Assembly (NCBI GenBank): GCA_002791595.1
Contig: PFXJ01000128.1
Span: 26,365-67,820 of the forward strand
From: a candidate division Zixibacteria bacterium CG_4_9_14_3_um_filter_46_8
Lineage (GTDB): Bacteria > Zixibacteria > MSB-5A5 > UM-FILTER-46-8
Length of the DNA: 41,456 bases
Direction: 5' to 3'
Under the pieces are notes generated by a model. That model worked only from the letters and a program-made list of their open reading frames with translations, was not told where the DNA came from and searched no databases. The translations under genes and the position numbers were made by a program. This document shows positions 27,691 through 37,431 of this stretch, one piece after another. Numbering within the stretch: the stretch's first letter is position 1; every line of letters begins with the position of its first letter.

Positions 27691-28515
27691 ATGAAAAGCA
27701 TCCCCGCTTTGATTTTAGTGGGAGTTGCCATTATATGGATCGCAGTCTGGCCATCGATAGGCAACGCTTCGGCAGATATGGGTCCAAATGGAATTCATAA
27801 TTATTTCAATGGGCTATCATATTCGTCGGAGGGAATCGCATTCAGCAATGCGGGGGCAAACAGCTATTTTCCTCAAAATGACAAGGGAGAAAGATCAAAA
27901 TCAGGCGATAAAAAATCTCCTGTTAATGCATTTCTTTATTCGCTGGCAATTCCGGGATTGGGGGAACTCTATGCCGGGTCAAGGCATAAGCCATATATTT
28001 TCCTTTACATTGATATGGTCCTCATTACCAGTGAGATGATTTATTTCCAGGAGGGGCTGAATGGTGAAGCTGCTTATCGACGTTATGCCGACCTGCACTG
28101 GTTCCGGGATCCATTTAACATCTGGTGGAATACGCTTGATTCGGCGACACAGGCGGGCTATTCACATCGCTTGCCTCCCACCAATGATTATGAATATTAC
28201 GAAAACATCGGGAAATATGATCAATTTGTATGGGGCTGGGATGACTTCGTCGTGGACGGCCCGGTCTTGACCCCGCACCGGGAACATTACCTCGAATTGC
28301 GCAAGAAAGCGAACGATAAGTTCGACACCGCCCGAACCTTTATGGTGGTGGCGATGGTGAATCATGTGGTATCGGCATTCGATGCGGCATTTACTGCAAA
28401 ATCGTATAACAAGCGGGGCCAGTCCGATTTCTTCGGCAATGTGAAAATAAGGATGTTGCCGGTAATAGCGGATAATCAGGTTTACCCCCAATTAACATTC
28501 ATCAAAGGTTTCTAA
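27691..28515 (+). CDS. Exported protein of unknown function (DUF5683-like), paralog A
   Basis: Signal peptide; SP..AFLYSLAIPGLGELYAG motif; hydrophobic helices; terminal Phe. ATG 27691 follows GGAGG. Confidence 0.7.
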   Translation: MKSIPALILVGVAIIWIAVWPSIGNASADMGPNGIHNYFNGLSYSSEGIAFSNAGANSYFPQNDKGERSKSGDKKSPVNAFLYSLAIPGLGELYAGSRHKPYIFLYIDMVLITSEMIYFQEGLNGEAAYRRYADLHWFRDPFNIWWNTLDSATQAGYSHRLPPTNDYEYYENIGKYDQFVWGWDDFVVDGPVLTPHREHYLELRKKANDKFDTARTFMVVAMVNHVVSAFDAAFTAKSYNKRGQSDFFGNVKIRMLPVIADNQVYPQLTFIKGF

Positions 28516-28516
28516 A

Positions 28517-29284
28517 ATGGCAGGCAAAACAGTTCAGATTCTAATGACCATAATTCTGTTCCTCTCCTTCTCGAAGATTGTTTATGCCGAGCAACCGCCG
28601 AAAGTTCGCCAACTGATGATTTCCGAAATCAGTTCGGGGGAAGCAGATGCAAATGGCGATAAAGATTTAAATTGGACTGAACCTGAGAAACAACACAAAG
28701 GGAAATCCGGATTCAAGGCCGGTTTGTTATCAGTAATGCTTCCAGGGGCCGGTGAGTTCTACCTCGGCAACAAATCTCGAGCGGCAGTATTTGTCGGCAC
28801 CGAGGCCGCCATTTGGGGCGGCTACCTCGCATTTCATACCTGGGGCGATTGGCTCAAGAACGATTACAAAAGCTACGCCGCCGAACATGCCGATGCGAAA
28901 GTCTATGGAAAAGATGATAAATTTTTCGACCGAATGCAATTTTACGATAGCCGGGATTGGTTTAATGAAATCGAGGGAGAGAGATACGGTTACCCTTATC
29001 CATATACCGATTATTATTACTGGCACTGGGACAGCCCGGATTCGCGCAAGGAGTTTCGTAAAATCCGCTATAACTCCAAAGCCGCTTTCAGAAATGCAAC
29101 CTTTATGATTGGGGTGGCAGTGGTCAATAGGTTGGCCAGTGTGGTCGATGCGGTATGGTTATCAAGACAGATCAAGAAGGGCGAGGGTTTGGAATTTTAT
29201 GGTGGATGGAGGTTGGATTACAACGCCAATCCGTTTGCTAATAACCCCGATGCCTCGCTGAAACTGAGCAAATCATTTAATTGA
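28517..29284 (+). CDS. Exported protein of unknown function (DUF5683-like), paralog B
   Basis: Signal peptide; KSGFKAGLLSVMLPGAGEFYLG; YA..HA and NR..S.VDA motifs shared with paralog A. Confidence 0.7.
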   Translation: MAGKTVQILMTIILFLSFSKIVYAEQPPKVRQLMISEISSGEADANGDKDLNWTEPEKQHKGKSGFKAGLLSVMLPGAGEFYLGNKSRAAVFVGTEAAIWGGYLAFHTWGDWLKNDYKSYAAEHADAKVYGKDDKFFDRMQFYDSRDWFNEIEGERYGYPYPYTDYYYWHWDSPDSRKEFRKIRYNSKAAFRNATFMIGVAVVNRLASVVDAVWLSRQIKKGEGLEFYGGWRLDYNANPFANNPDASLKLSKSFN

Positions 29285-30252
29285 GCCTTGATTGTGTGAG
29301 CAGAGGTCCCAAATACTGTCTTATCCTCTTACTTGCATTCAGCCTGCCATATATTTCCTGCAGTGGCGCTGGCAGATATGAACCTGGAGTTATCACCCAA
29401 CAAAATCCCCCCAGGGGTTTCGAATTAGTTAGATATATTGGTCCGACAATCGAAGGCGGCGCTGACCTCTATTCGCCTTGCGATATCGCTTTTGATGTGG
29501 ACGGGCAGATGTTCATCTGCGACAATGGCAATCATCGAATATTGAAACTGGGCCGCCAGCTCGCTTTCATCAAGGAAATCGGAGGTTTCGGAAATGGCAA
29601 TGAACAGCTTGCAAACCCAATAGCGATAGTTTTTGATAATGGGCTGACGCTTATGGTTGCTGACACCCAAAAACGACGTATCTCGCGCTTCGATCGGAAT
29701 TTGAATTTCATCGATTTTTTCCTCGAGTATAAATCGGCGGAAGCCTTCGCCAATATCGGAAAACCCTCCGGAATTCATATTGGCCGCAATGGGGATATTT
29801 ATCTCAGCGACGACGATAACAATAGGGTGTTGGTCTTGGACAGCTTCTATAACCTCCAATCCGAAATCGGGGGATTTGGATATGGAAATGGCGAACTTTC
29901 TTCCCCTGCCGGCTTGGTCACAGATCAATCGGATAACCTCCTGGTTGCTGATTCCCGGAATGGCAGAATTGCCGTTTATAACAGCGTCGGAGGGTATTCT
30001 GGCGATTTTGGAAGAGACCGCCTTCGATACCCAATCGATATTGCCATTGACCCCGCCGGCTACATCTACGTTTCGGATCGCAATCTGAAGTCAGTGCTGG
30101 TATTCTCGCGCTCCGGAAAATATACTATTGAAAGCTCATCTTATGGAAGCTTCCTCGATGAACCAGCCGGAATTCATATTCATTCTGATGGCTACATCTA
30201 TGTTGCAGATCGGGCTTCGAACCGAATTGCGGTATTAAACATTATCAGATAA
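29281..30252 (+). CDS. NHL-repeat six-bladed beta-propeller lipoprotein
   Basis: Six P..I..D..G.IYV.D..N.RI repeats; lipobox-like YISC. Start is TTG 29281 or GTG 29296. Confidence 0.85.
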   Translation: MSLDCVSRGPKYCLILLLAFSLPYISCSGAGRYEPGVITQQNPPRGFELVRYIGPTIEGGADLYSPCDIAFDVDGQMFICDNGNHRILKLGRQLAFIKEIGGFGNGNEQLANPIAIVFDNGLTLMVADTQKRRISRFDRNLNFIDFFLEYKSAEAFANIGKPSGIHIGRNGDIYLSDDDNNRVLVLDSFYNLQSEIGGFGYGNGELSSPAGLVTDQSDNLLVADSRNGRIAVYNSVGGYSGDFGRDRLRYPIDIAIDPAGYIYVSDRNLKSVLVFSRSGKYTIESSSYGSFLDEPAGIHIHSDGYIYVADRASNRIAVLNIIR

Positions 30253-30263
30253 CCGATGGTGGT

Positions 30264-33200
30264 TTGCTGTTGTCGGCCTCGAAAATCCCCGTTTTTCTTT
30301 TCTTACTGACTATTCTCTTAGCAAAATCCTCATCTTCAAACGCCACTCAGAGGACAGAAGTTGCCCTGAATGGAGATAATTCGACCGGGCCTTATCTCAT
30401 CTCCCATGACCCGATTGCCATGGGAAGCGATTCGATATGGGTGGATGAAGTGCTTTTCCAGAAAAGCGAAAATTATAGCATCGATTACGATAGAGGTTTC
30501 ATCATCACTTCACAACCGGTGCCAAGCTCATCGACGATCAGGGCCAGTTATATCGCCATCTATTCGCGTTTGAATAATCCCCATTATTTGTACAAACCGC
30601 TATCGATTGACCTAAAAAGCGCATTTCCACCGGATTCTTCAAGGCCCGCATTGCAATCAGAAAAACCGCCCAGCTTCTACAGTCCAGGTCTTAATATCGG
30701 CGGCAGCAAATCACTTTCAATCGAGTTTGGCAGTAGCTTGAATCCCGATATAAACCAGGCGCTCGATTTATCAATAAGGGGTCCTGTCGTTAGGGGAGTG
30801 AATGCAACCGCTTTTGTTTCCGACCGGGGTATTCCGGTTGCTTCCGGCGGCACCAGCACTATTGAAGAGCTGGACAAATTCTTTATCAATATCACTGCCA
30901 AAAATTTCAGCGCCACCCTGGGCGACTTTTATGTCGATTTCAATAGCCTGGAGTTAGCGCGATACAATAAAAAATTGAAAGGGCTGGCTCTCAATTATGA
31001 TGATCAGATTAATCAGGGTTCTATCTCAGCATCTTCATCTTCTGGGCGTTTCACCGTGAATCGTTTTAATGGCCGTGAGGGCGACCAGGGACCTTATCTT
31101 CTCTTCGATCCATCCGGTTCCCGCAGTTTAACCGTGCTGCCCGGCACCGAGACCGTTTTCATCAATGGTGAAAAATTGACTCGTGGATCCGACAACGATT
31201 ATGTCATCGATTATCAGAACGCTCATATCACCTTTACGCCAAAAAGATTAGTAACTTCCGATTCGCGCATCGAGGTTGAATTTGAATATTCGAATCGAGA
31301 ATTTTCACGAGGATTTTATGCTTCGCGATTTCACCGCAGCAACCGTGAGGGTCGATTCGCATTCGGGGCCACAGTCATTGCCGAAATCGATGATAAAAAT
31401 GGGCCACTGAGCGCGGCCTTATCCGATGAGGATCGCCAAGCTATCAAGGATTCCGGGATCGGAGAATATGCGCTCAAATCGGGTGTGGAGTATAAGGGAC
31501 CTGGCCAGGGAGAGTATAATCAGGCCGTCGATTCGACCGGATATATCTACTATCTCTATGTGGGGCCAGATTCCGGGGAGTATCATATCCAATTCTCCAA
31601 TCTTGGTTATGGCAAAGGCGATTATACATATATTGGCCGAGGCATCTATTCATTTGTCGGAGTATTGAAGGGCGATTATGCTCCAGTTGTTAAACTTCCA
31701 GTCCCCAGATCGCAATATCTTTATGGATTCGATGGTTCATTCAATCCAAATGATAATGTCAACTTTCAAATCGAAAGCGCTTATACGCGCAACAATAGAA
31801 ATCTTTTTCTGGGAGATAATGGCGTTATTGATGATCCTGCCTTAATACTGCGAGGAAAGGCCGTCACAAAACCTTCATCTTCCTTATTGCCCGATGAAGT
31901 TGTTTTGTCGGGCAACTATCGCCATACCGCCCGGAATTTTGCCCCTTTTGCGGAATTCCGCGCGGCAGATTATTATAACAAATGGAATCTTCTTCCCAAT
32001 TACAGTTCCGTTACCGAAGATGCGGGCGAGGGTGCCTTATCTACGTCATACGGCAGCCGATGCAGCTTTGACTTCGAGGGCGGGCGGTTGTCGAGGGCAT
32101 CGGAAGGTTACTCTGACCGTTGGTCGGCTGGCGCCGCAGTTGAACTTCCGCTTCAGTCTAAGCTACACGGCAATTTCCGTCAATCGGATCATCGGTCCAA
32201 GGCGGACTCTTTATCCAGCTATTTCAATTTAAAGGGAACGCTTCAGGAATTCGATTCACAGTATGAGTTCCGTCAATGGCTATTCAAACCTTCATTGGGT
32301 TATAAATTCCGCAATAATGAGAATTATGAAAACGAGATTCTTCGCGATGGCGTCAGATATAACATCTATGAAACGGGATTAGCGTTCTATGCGCACAAGA
32401 GGATCACCAATACCGTCACCTACTCCCTGCAAAGAGATGATGAATATGCTGGAAAGTGGTTAAGAAAAGATGAAGCAATTACTCTAACTGAGCAAATCGC
32501 GCTGGCGGATATCCCCGCCGGGCTTACCCTGAATTACGAATACACTTTTCGTAACAAAAGATTCAAGGAAATTGCCGGAACCAACAGTCGCCAGAACCTG
32601 TCCTACTTGACCAGCGGTTTTAATTCCGGGCCATTCTCAATCGAATATAATCATAAATATAATCGGATGCGCGCCGCCTTGAAAATACGTCGCTATATAT
32701 TGGTGGACGAAGGCACAGGCGATTATAGCTACGAAAACGGCGAATATGTGCTTGACCCGTTCGGAAATTACATCTCGGTGTTGGAGGAAGCCGGCGATTT
32801 CCGCCCGATATCGGAAGTGGAGAATGCATTTTTCTTCAAATTTGACGGCAGAAGAGCCAAAGATGATTCGTCATATCTCCGGCAATTCAAATCGGAAACC
32901 TCGTTGGATTTCAATCAGAGGTCGGAAGAGACCGGCATCAAGTTCGTCGATATGATTAATCCGTGGCGCAATATGAACCCTGCGCTTCTTGTCAGCGAGC
33001 AACTACGCTTTATCCAGGACGTTTACCTGCTCCCCGTGAACACAAAGATCAAAAGAGAGATTCGTCTAAGGTATGCTCAAACGCTCATTGTCGCCTCTGG
33101 AGGCAGTTTCGAAAGCGACTTTGACGACAAGCGGTCGGCGGCGGCCAGGCTCCGCCAATCGCTTGGGAAAGGATTTTCTCTGGAAGCCGAATATACTCGC

Positions 33201-33629
33201 GAACATCGGCTGGTGGCGGGCATTGCCGAACTACGGATGGATTCGGATCTGTTGGTGCCGGATATCACTTTCACACCAAATGCCGGCCTTGAAATAGGGA
33301 GCGGCCTCAAGTACCGTAGAGATCGCGAAGTCATCGATGAATTTACGGTCATCCTGTACTCATTGCTTCCCCACATCAGATGGAATTTTTCTCAAAAAGG
33401 CCGTTTTGATTTTAATGCTGAAATTATCAGGGTGCTATCGCCGGATGCACAATTCTTCAACTATCGAATCGCGGAAGGCAATCGGGCTGGCGAAAATTTT
33501 AGATTGACGGTCCGCGGCCTCCTGCGCTTGGGGGAAAATAGCGTGGGAGAGCTAACGTACAATTTTCGAAAACGACCCGATGAAAAGGCGATGCATCTGG
33601 CGAGAGTCGAAGTAAAATATAACTTCTGA
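30264..33629 (+). CDS. Large predicted outer-membrane beta-barrel protein of unknown function
   Basis: Signal peptide; many amphipathic beta-strands; C-terminal VEVKYNF; two copies of a GPY.L...GS/TE.V...DY.IDY..G/A.I module. Confidence 0.75.
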   Translation: MLLSASKIPVFLFLLTILLAKSSSSNATQRTEVALNGDNSTGPYLISHDPIAMGSDSIWVDEVLFQKSENYSIDYDRGFIITSQPVPSSSTIRASYIAIYSRLNNPHYLYKPLSIDLKSAFPPDSSRPALQSEKPPSFYSPGLNIGGSKSLSIEFGSSLNPDINQALDLSIRGPVVRGVNATAFVSDRGIPVASGGTSTIEELDKFFINITAKNFSATLGDFYVDFNSLELARYNKKLKGLALNYDDQINQGSISASSSSGRFTVNRFNGREGDQGPYLLFDPSGSRSLTVLPGTETVFINGEKLTRGSDNDYVIDYQNAHITFTPKRLVTSDSRIEVEFEYSNREFSRGFYASRFHRSNREGRFAFGATVIAEIDDKNGPLSAALSDEDRQAIKDSGIGEYALKSGVEYKGPGQGEYNQAVDSTGYIYYLYVGPDSGEYHIQFSNLGYGKGDYTYIGRGIYSFVGVLKGDYAPVVKLPVPRSQYLYGFDGSFNPNDNVNFQIESAYTRNNRNLFLGDNGVIDDPALILRGKAVTKPSSSLLPDEVVLSGNYRHTARNFAPFAEFRAADYYNKWNLLPNYSSVTEDAGEGALSTSYGSRCSFDFEGGRLSRASEGYSDRWSAGAAVELPLQSKLHGNFRQSDHRSKADSLSSYFNLKGTLQEFDSQYEFRQWLFKPSLGYKFRNNENYENEILRDGVRYNIYETGLAFYAHKRITNTVTYSLQRDDEYAGKWLRKDEAITLTEQIALADIPAGLTLNYEYTFRNKRFKEIAGTNSRQNLSYLTSGFNSGPFSIEYNHKYNRMRAALKIRRYILVDEGTGDYSYENGEYVLDPFGNYISVLEEAGDFRPISEVENAFFFKFDGRRAKDDSSYLRQFKSETSLDFNQRSEETGIKFVDMINPWRNMNPALLVSEQLRFIQDVYLLPVNTKIKREIRLRYAQTLIVASGGSFESDFDDKRSAAARLRQSLGKGFSLEAEYTREHRLVAGIAELRMDSDLLVPDITFTPNAGLEIGSGLKYRRDREVIDEFTVILYSLLPHIRWNFSQKGRFDFNAEIIRVLSPDAQFFNYRIAEGNRAGENFRLTVRGLLRLGENSVGELTYNFRKRPDEKAMHLARVEVKYNF

Positions 33630-35368
33630 TGATAAAATCAATTTTTAGAATAAGCTTCTCATTGCTTATAGTATTAGTATCGACAGTTGCTTTTGGCCAC
33701 GCCGGAACTGGTGAAATAATATTCGCAGGCAACAAGGCCATTTCATCATCAGAATTAAGGCAGTCTCTAAAGCTGGATGACAGCCTCGATTCGTTATCAA
33801 TAATAACTAACTTATCAAGCGAAATTGCGGGAGTCTATCAGTCCCTCGGTTATTGGAATTGCTTATCCAAAATAAAGTTATCGACCGATAGCATTGGGGA
33901 GCGGGTAATCTCAATTGCCATCAGAGAGGGCGAGACTTTTACATATAATAAGATCAAATTCGATGGTTTGCGATATGTCCCGGCCGCACTTTTGTTTTCG
34001 CAGACCGGCAGCATTGACGGGAGAACCGCATCCCTGATAACATTAAACAGCTATATCGACAATCTATTGGAATTCTTTGCCGAATATGGTTACCCCTTTG
34101 CCACCATAACTGCCCGTGAGTTCAATATCGATTCCGAGAATCAGGAAGTAGCGCTTACCTTATTTGTGAATGAAGGACCAATAGTTGAAATTGATACGGT
34201 AATTGTATTGGGCAATCGAGTGACATCGGATAATGTCATCCGAAGGGAAATCCAACTGCCCCCCGGCTCCACTTTCAAACAGCATCGCTTGAATTCTTCG
34301 GTAGCGCGCATAAATCGGCTTGGATATATTACCGTTAGTGACCCTCCCCAGCTTTACTTCCGAGGCGAACCTCGCCAAGGAGTTCTGGTTTTTCAGATTG
34401 CAGAAAATAAGACGTCCCATATTGATGGAATTCTTGGCTATGTTCCTTCAACGGGATCGGGCAAAGAATATCTTACGGGTATGATGGAAATTGTTCTTGA
34501 TAATATAATGGGCACTGGGCGAAAAGCACAGATTTACTATGAGTCCACAAACCCAAAATCCAAGGAATTAAAATTCGCTTATACCGAACCTTATCTTCTA
34601 GGAACGCCGCTTGACTGGACCCTGCGATTCGATCAGGTCGATCGGGACAGCACCTTTATCAGGGTTTCCGCGCAAATGGATTTTCGCTATCGCCTGGGAC
34701 CGGGAACCGACTTAAATCTCTCGCTGATTGCCGAGAGAATTACTCCAGGTCAGTCTGGTTTTGCGCCCGAAGAACGTTACACTGGGTACTCCACTTCTGT
34801 TGGCGTGGTCGGAGAGTATTTCGATTACCCGGATAATCCGCGAAAAGGCTATGCTTTCGATGTCTCTGCCAGGTATATCAAGAGAATTTATCCAACGACC
34901 TTTAATTACGTTCCCCTCGATCCGGAAATTAACCGGACCGCCGGGGAAGTAAGAAGCTTCATTGCGCTTGGCCTTTCTCGAAATTCCATCCTATTTTTCC
35001 TGGGAGGAGTTGCTGGCATCACCGGCGGGAATCAATATCTGCCGGTCTCGGAAAGATACAATATTGGAGGCCGAAGGAGTGTCAGAGGATACCTTGAAGG
35101 TCGCCATTATGGTGCCATAGTCAGTTTCATCCGTAGCGAATACCGGATTCTGTCAGGACGTGATGGACGGATTTTCTTGTTTTCAGATAATGGTTACTAT
35201 TATTTTAGGGATCGGGATGGGCGCCAGGCAGATGACGTTCTCTCTGGCTTCGGATTTGGCGCCGCATCCAAGACACGATTAGGCATTGTTTCGGCTGAAT
35301 TCGCCTGGGGCCGCGGCGATTCCTTTGGAGAAGGTAAGTTCCATTTCGGGATTGAAAATAGATTTTGA
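33629..35368 (+). CDS. Omp85 (BamA/TamA) family protein with POTRA domains
   Basis: POTRA motifs (F.GN..IS..EL, GYPFA, GN..T...VIRRE); NIMGTG; YTEPY; IGG..SVRGY; terminal RF. TGATG overlap with the upstream gene. Confidence 0.9.
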   Translation: MIKSIFRISFSLLIVLVSTVAFGHAGTGEIIFAGNKAISSSELRQSLKLDDSLDSLSIITNLSSEIAGVYQSLGYWNCLSKIKLSTDSIGERVISIAIREGETFTYNKIKFDGLRYVPAALLFSQTGSIDGRTASLITLNSYIDNLLEFFAEYGYPFATITAREFNIDSENQEVALTLFVNEGPIVEIDTVIVLGNRVTSDNVIRREIQLPPGSTFKQHRLNSSVARINRLGYITVSDPPQLYFRGEPRQGVLVFQIAENKTSHIDGILGYVPSTGSGKEYLTGMMEIVLDNIMGTGRKAQIYYESTNPKSKELKFAYTEPYLLGTPLDWTLRFDQVDRDSTFIRVSAQMDFRYRLGPGTDLNLSLIAERITPGQSGFAPEERYTGYSTSVGVVGEYFDYPDNPRKGYAFDVSARYIKRIYPTTFNYVPLDPEINRTAGEVRSFIALGLSRNSILFFLGGVAGITGGNQYLPVSERYNIGGRRSVRGYLEGRHYGAIVSFIRSEYRILSGRDGRIFLFSDNGYYYFRDRDGRQADDVLSGFGFGAASKTRLGIVSAEFAWGRGDSFGEGKFHFGIENRF

Positions 35369-36198
35369 ACCTTACGGGAGTAATTAGGATAGTTCGCCCT
35401 CTCAATGGGCTGATTTCATCTTCGACCGTATGGATTTCATTCTTAATTGCCGGCGGCGATTACAGGAGTGGTGACGGAATTTTGGCGGCAATCGCCGCTT
35501 TCCTATTCACCGGTTTTGCCAATACTGTCAATGATATTGCCGATATAAAGATCGATAAGATAAATCGACCCTCAAGACCTTTACCCTCCAATTCAATTTC
35601 AATCGGGGCGGCTTATTATGAATCTTTCTTTCTGGGTATGATGGCCATAATGATAAGCGCTTTGCTTAGCCCTATGAACTTCTTGATTGGCGCTGTCGCT
35701 TTGGCATTTATGTTAATCTATAGCCTACGTTTGAAGCTTACGACGCTTTGGGGCAATCTAACGGTAAGCATAATTGCCGCATCAGCTTTCCTTTATGGGG
35801 GAGCTGCTCAGGACAGCCTTAACCCCACTCTTCTACCGGCTTTAATGGCGTTTTTGCTCCACCTTGGACGAGAGATAACTAAAGATATCGAGGATAAAAG
35901 AGGTGATCAGGAGCTTGGAGCGCGAACACTGCCGATCAGATGCGGCGACAGGTTTTCAAGATTGTTAACTGCATTTATCCTTTCCATATTTATCATCGCC
36001 ACTATATTCCCCTATATTCTGGGATATTATCATTTTGGTTATCTTGCCTTAGTTCTGATTGTTGACTTGATTTCATTCTATATCATAATCAAGTTGCTTT
36101 TCGCAGAGACCTTGGATGCAAGATTGCTGTCCCAACTACTGAAGATTTCTATGCCGATAGGAATTGGATCCGTATATCTGGGATCCCTGGGAATTTGA
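35365..36198 (+). CDS. UbiA-superfamily prenyltransferase, DGGGP synthase-like
   Basis: RP.N, NDIADIKIDKINRPSRPLPS, YS.RLK...WGN, GREITKDIEDKRGD...GARTLP; multiple TM helices. TTG start overlaps the Omp85 stop. Confidence 0.85.
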   Translation: MNLTGVIRIVRPLNGLISSSTVWISFLIAGGDYRSGDGILAAIAAFLFTGFANTVNDIADIKIDKINRPSRPLPSNSISIGAAYYESFFLGMMAIMISALLSPMNFLIGAVALAFMLIYSLRLKLTTLWGNLTVSIIAASAFLYGGAAQDSLNPTLLPALMAFLLHLGREITKDIEDKRGDQELGARTLPIRCGDRFSRLLTAFILSIFIIATIFPYILGYYHFGYLALVLIVDLISFYIIIKLLFAETLDARLLSQLLKISMPIGIGSVYLGSLGI

Positions 36199-36268
36199 GC
36201 GAATCATCACCTGCGCATCTTCCTTCAGGACGAATGGCTGACCGGCAGGGGTAATTGCGCCAATTTTC

Positions 36269-36297
36269 TTGACATTAGCGCTATCTGATAATAAATT
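36269..36297 (+). promoter_or_regulatory. Putative sigma70 promoter of the manC gene cluster
   Basis: TTGACA-N17-TAAATT upstream of a GAAGGAGG Shine-Dalgarno. Confidence 0.55.
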
Positions 36298-36333
36298 CGA
36301 CGAAGGACAATCGTACAATAGAAGGAGGTGAAG

Positions 36334-37422
36334 ATGAAAGGTGTTTATGCTGTAGTTCTTGCAGGCGGAAAGGGGGAACGATTTTGGCCGCTCTCAAGAA
36401 GTAATAATCCGAAGCAATTCCTTAAATTGACTTCTGATAAGTCGATGATACGGGAGACTGTTGATAGGGTAACACCTATGATACCTCTGGAAAATATTTA
36501 CATTGTGACCAGCGAAAACCTCGAAGATAAAATGACCTATCATTTACCAGGCGTCCCGGCAAAAAATATTTTGGTGGAACCGAAAGGCAAAAACACCTGT
36601 ATGGCGATCGGCTATGCCGCCGCTCATATTCATCTGGTTGATCCTGAAGGAGTAATGATTGTTTTATCATGCGATCATCTAATTCGCCCCGTCAATAAAC
36701 TCCTTCAAGTCTTCGAGGCGGCGGTCAAAGTGGCTTCCACCAGCGACTTTTTGATCACTATTGGAGTAGTCCCTACCCGCGCTGAAACCGGCTATGGATA
36801 TATTCAAGTCGCTGATTTATTCAATACGGTTGATGGGATTGATATATATCGGATCAATACTTTCAAGGAAAAACCATCGCGGGTCATAGCTCAGGAATAT
36901 TATTATGACCGCAAGTATTTATGGAATTCAGGGATGTTTATCTGGAGCGTTGGTTCCATAATGAAGGCTTTAGACACATACGCACCCGGGATTAATAACT
37001 GTTTGCAAGGATTTCGTCAATATATGGGAACCGTTCAAGAGGAGTCCCGCAGAAAAGAGATGTACGATAATGTTGAGGACATCTCAATCGACTGCGCTAT
37101 TTTAGAGCGGGCTCATAATGTCCTCACCATAAAATCGGATTTTATATGGGATGACATCGGTTCGTGGCTGGCGCTCGAACGTTTTAAGGGTCGCGATAAG
37201 CACAATAATGTTACAGTTGGCGAATCCTATCTAATTGATACTTATGAAACTACCGTGGTCAATGATGATCAAGAAGGTTTTATTACGACCCTTGGCGTTT
37301 CCGATTTGATCATCGTGAAAACCAATGGCATTGTGATGGTCGCTCATAAGGCTCGTGCCGCTGACATCAAGGATCTTGTTACCCAACTCAGCGAAGAGGA
37401 AGGTCTAAGAAAATACCTTTAG
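36334..37422 (+). CDS. manC: Mannose-1-phosphate guanylyltransferase
   Basis: LAGGKGERFWPLSR..PKQFL, EP.GKNT, ETGYGYI, FKEKP, WNSGMF, ISID.AI.E, WDDIGSW. ATG 36334 fits the SD spacing. Confidence 0.93.
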   Translation: MKGVYAVVLAGGKGERFWPLSRSNNPKQFLKLTSDKSMIRETVDRVTPMIPLENIYIVTSENLEDKMTYHLPGVPAKNILVEPKGKNTCMAIGYAAAHIHLVDPEGVMIVLSCDHLIRPVNKLLQVFEAAVKVASTSDFLITIGVVPTRAETGYGYIQVADLFNTVDGIDIYRINTFKEKPSRVIAQEYYYDRKYLWNSGMFIWSVGSIMKALDTYAPGINNCLQGFRQYMGTVQEESRRKEMYDNVEDISIDCAILERAHNVLTIKSDFIWDDIGSWLALERFKGRDKHNNVTVGESYLIDTYETTVVNDDQEGFITTLGVSDLIIVKTNGIVMVAHKARAADIKDLVTQLSEEEGLRKYL

Positions 37423-37431
37423 GACCGGATC

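Noticed and set aside
33629-35368. Calling this the essential bamA
   Set aside because: At 579 aa with about three POTRA domains it is shorter than typical five-POTRA BamA; more likely an accessory Omp85.
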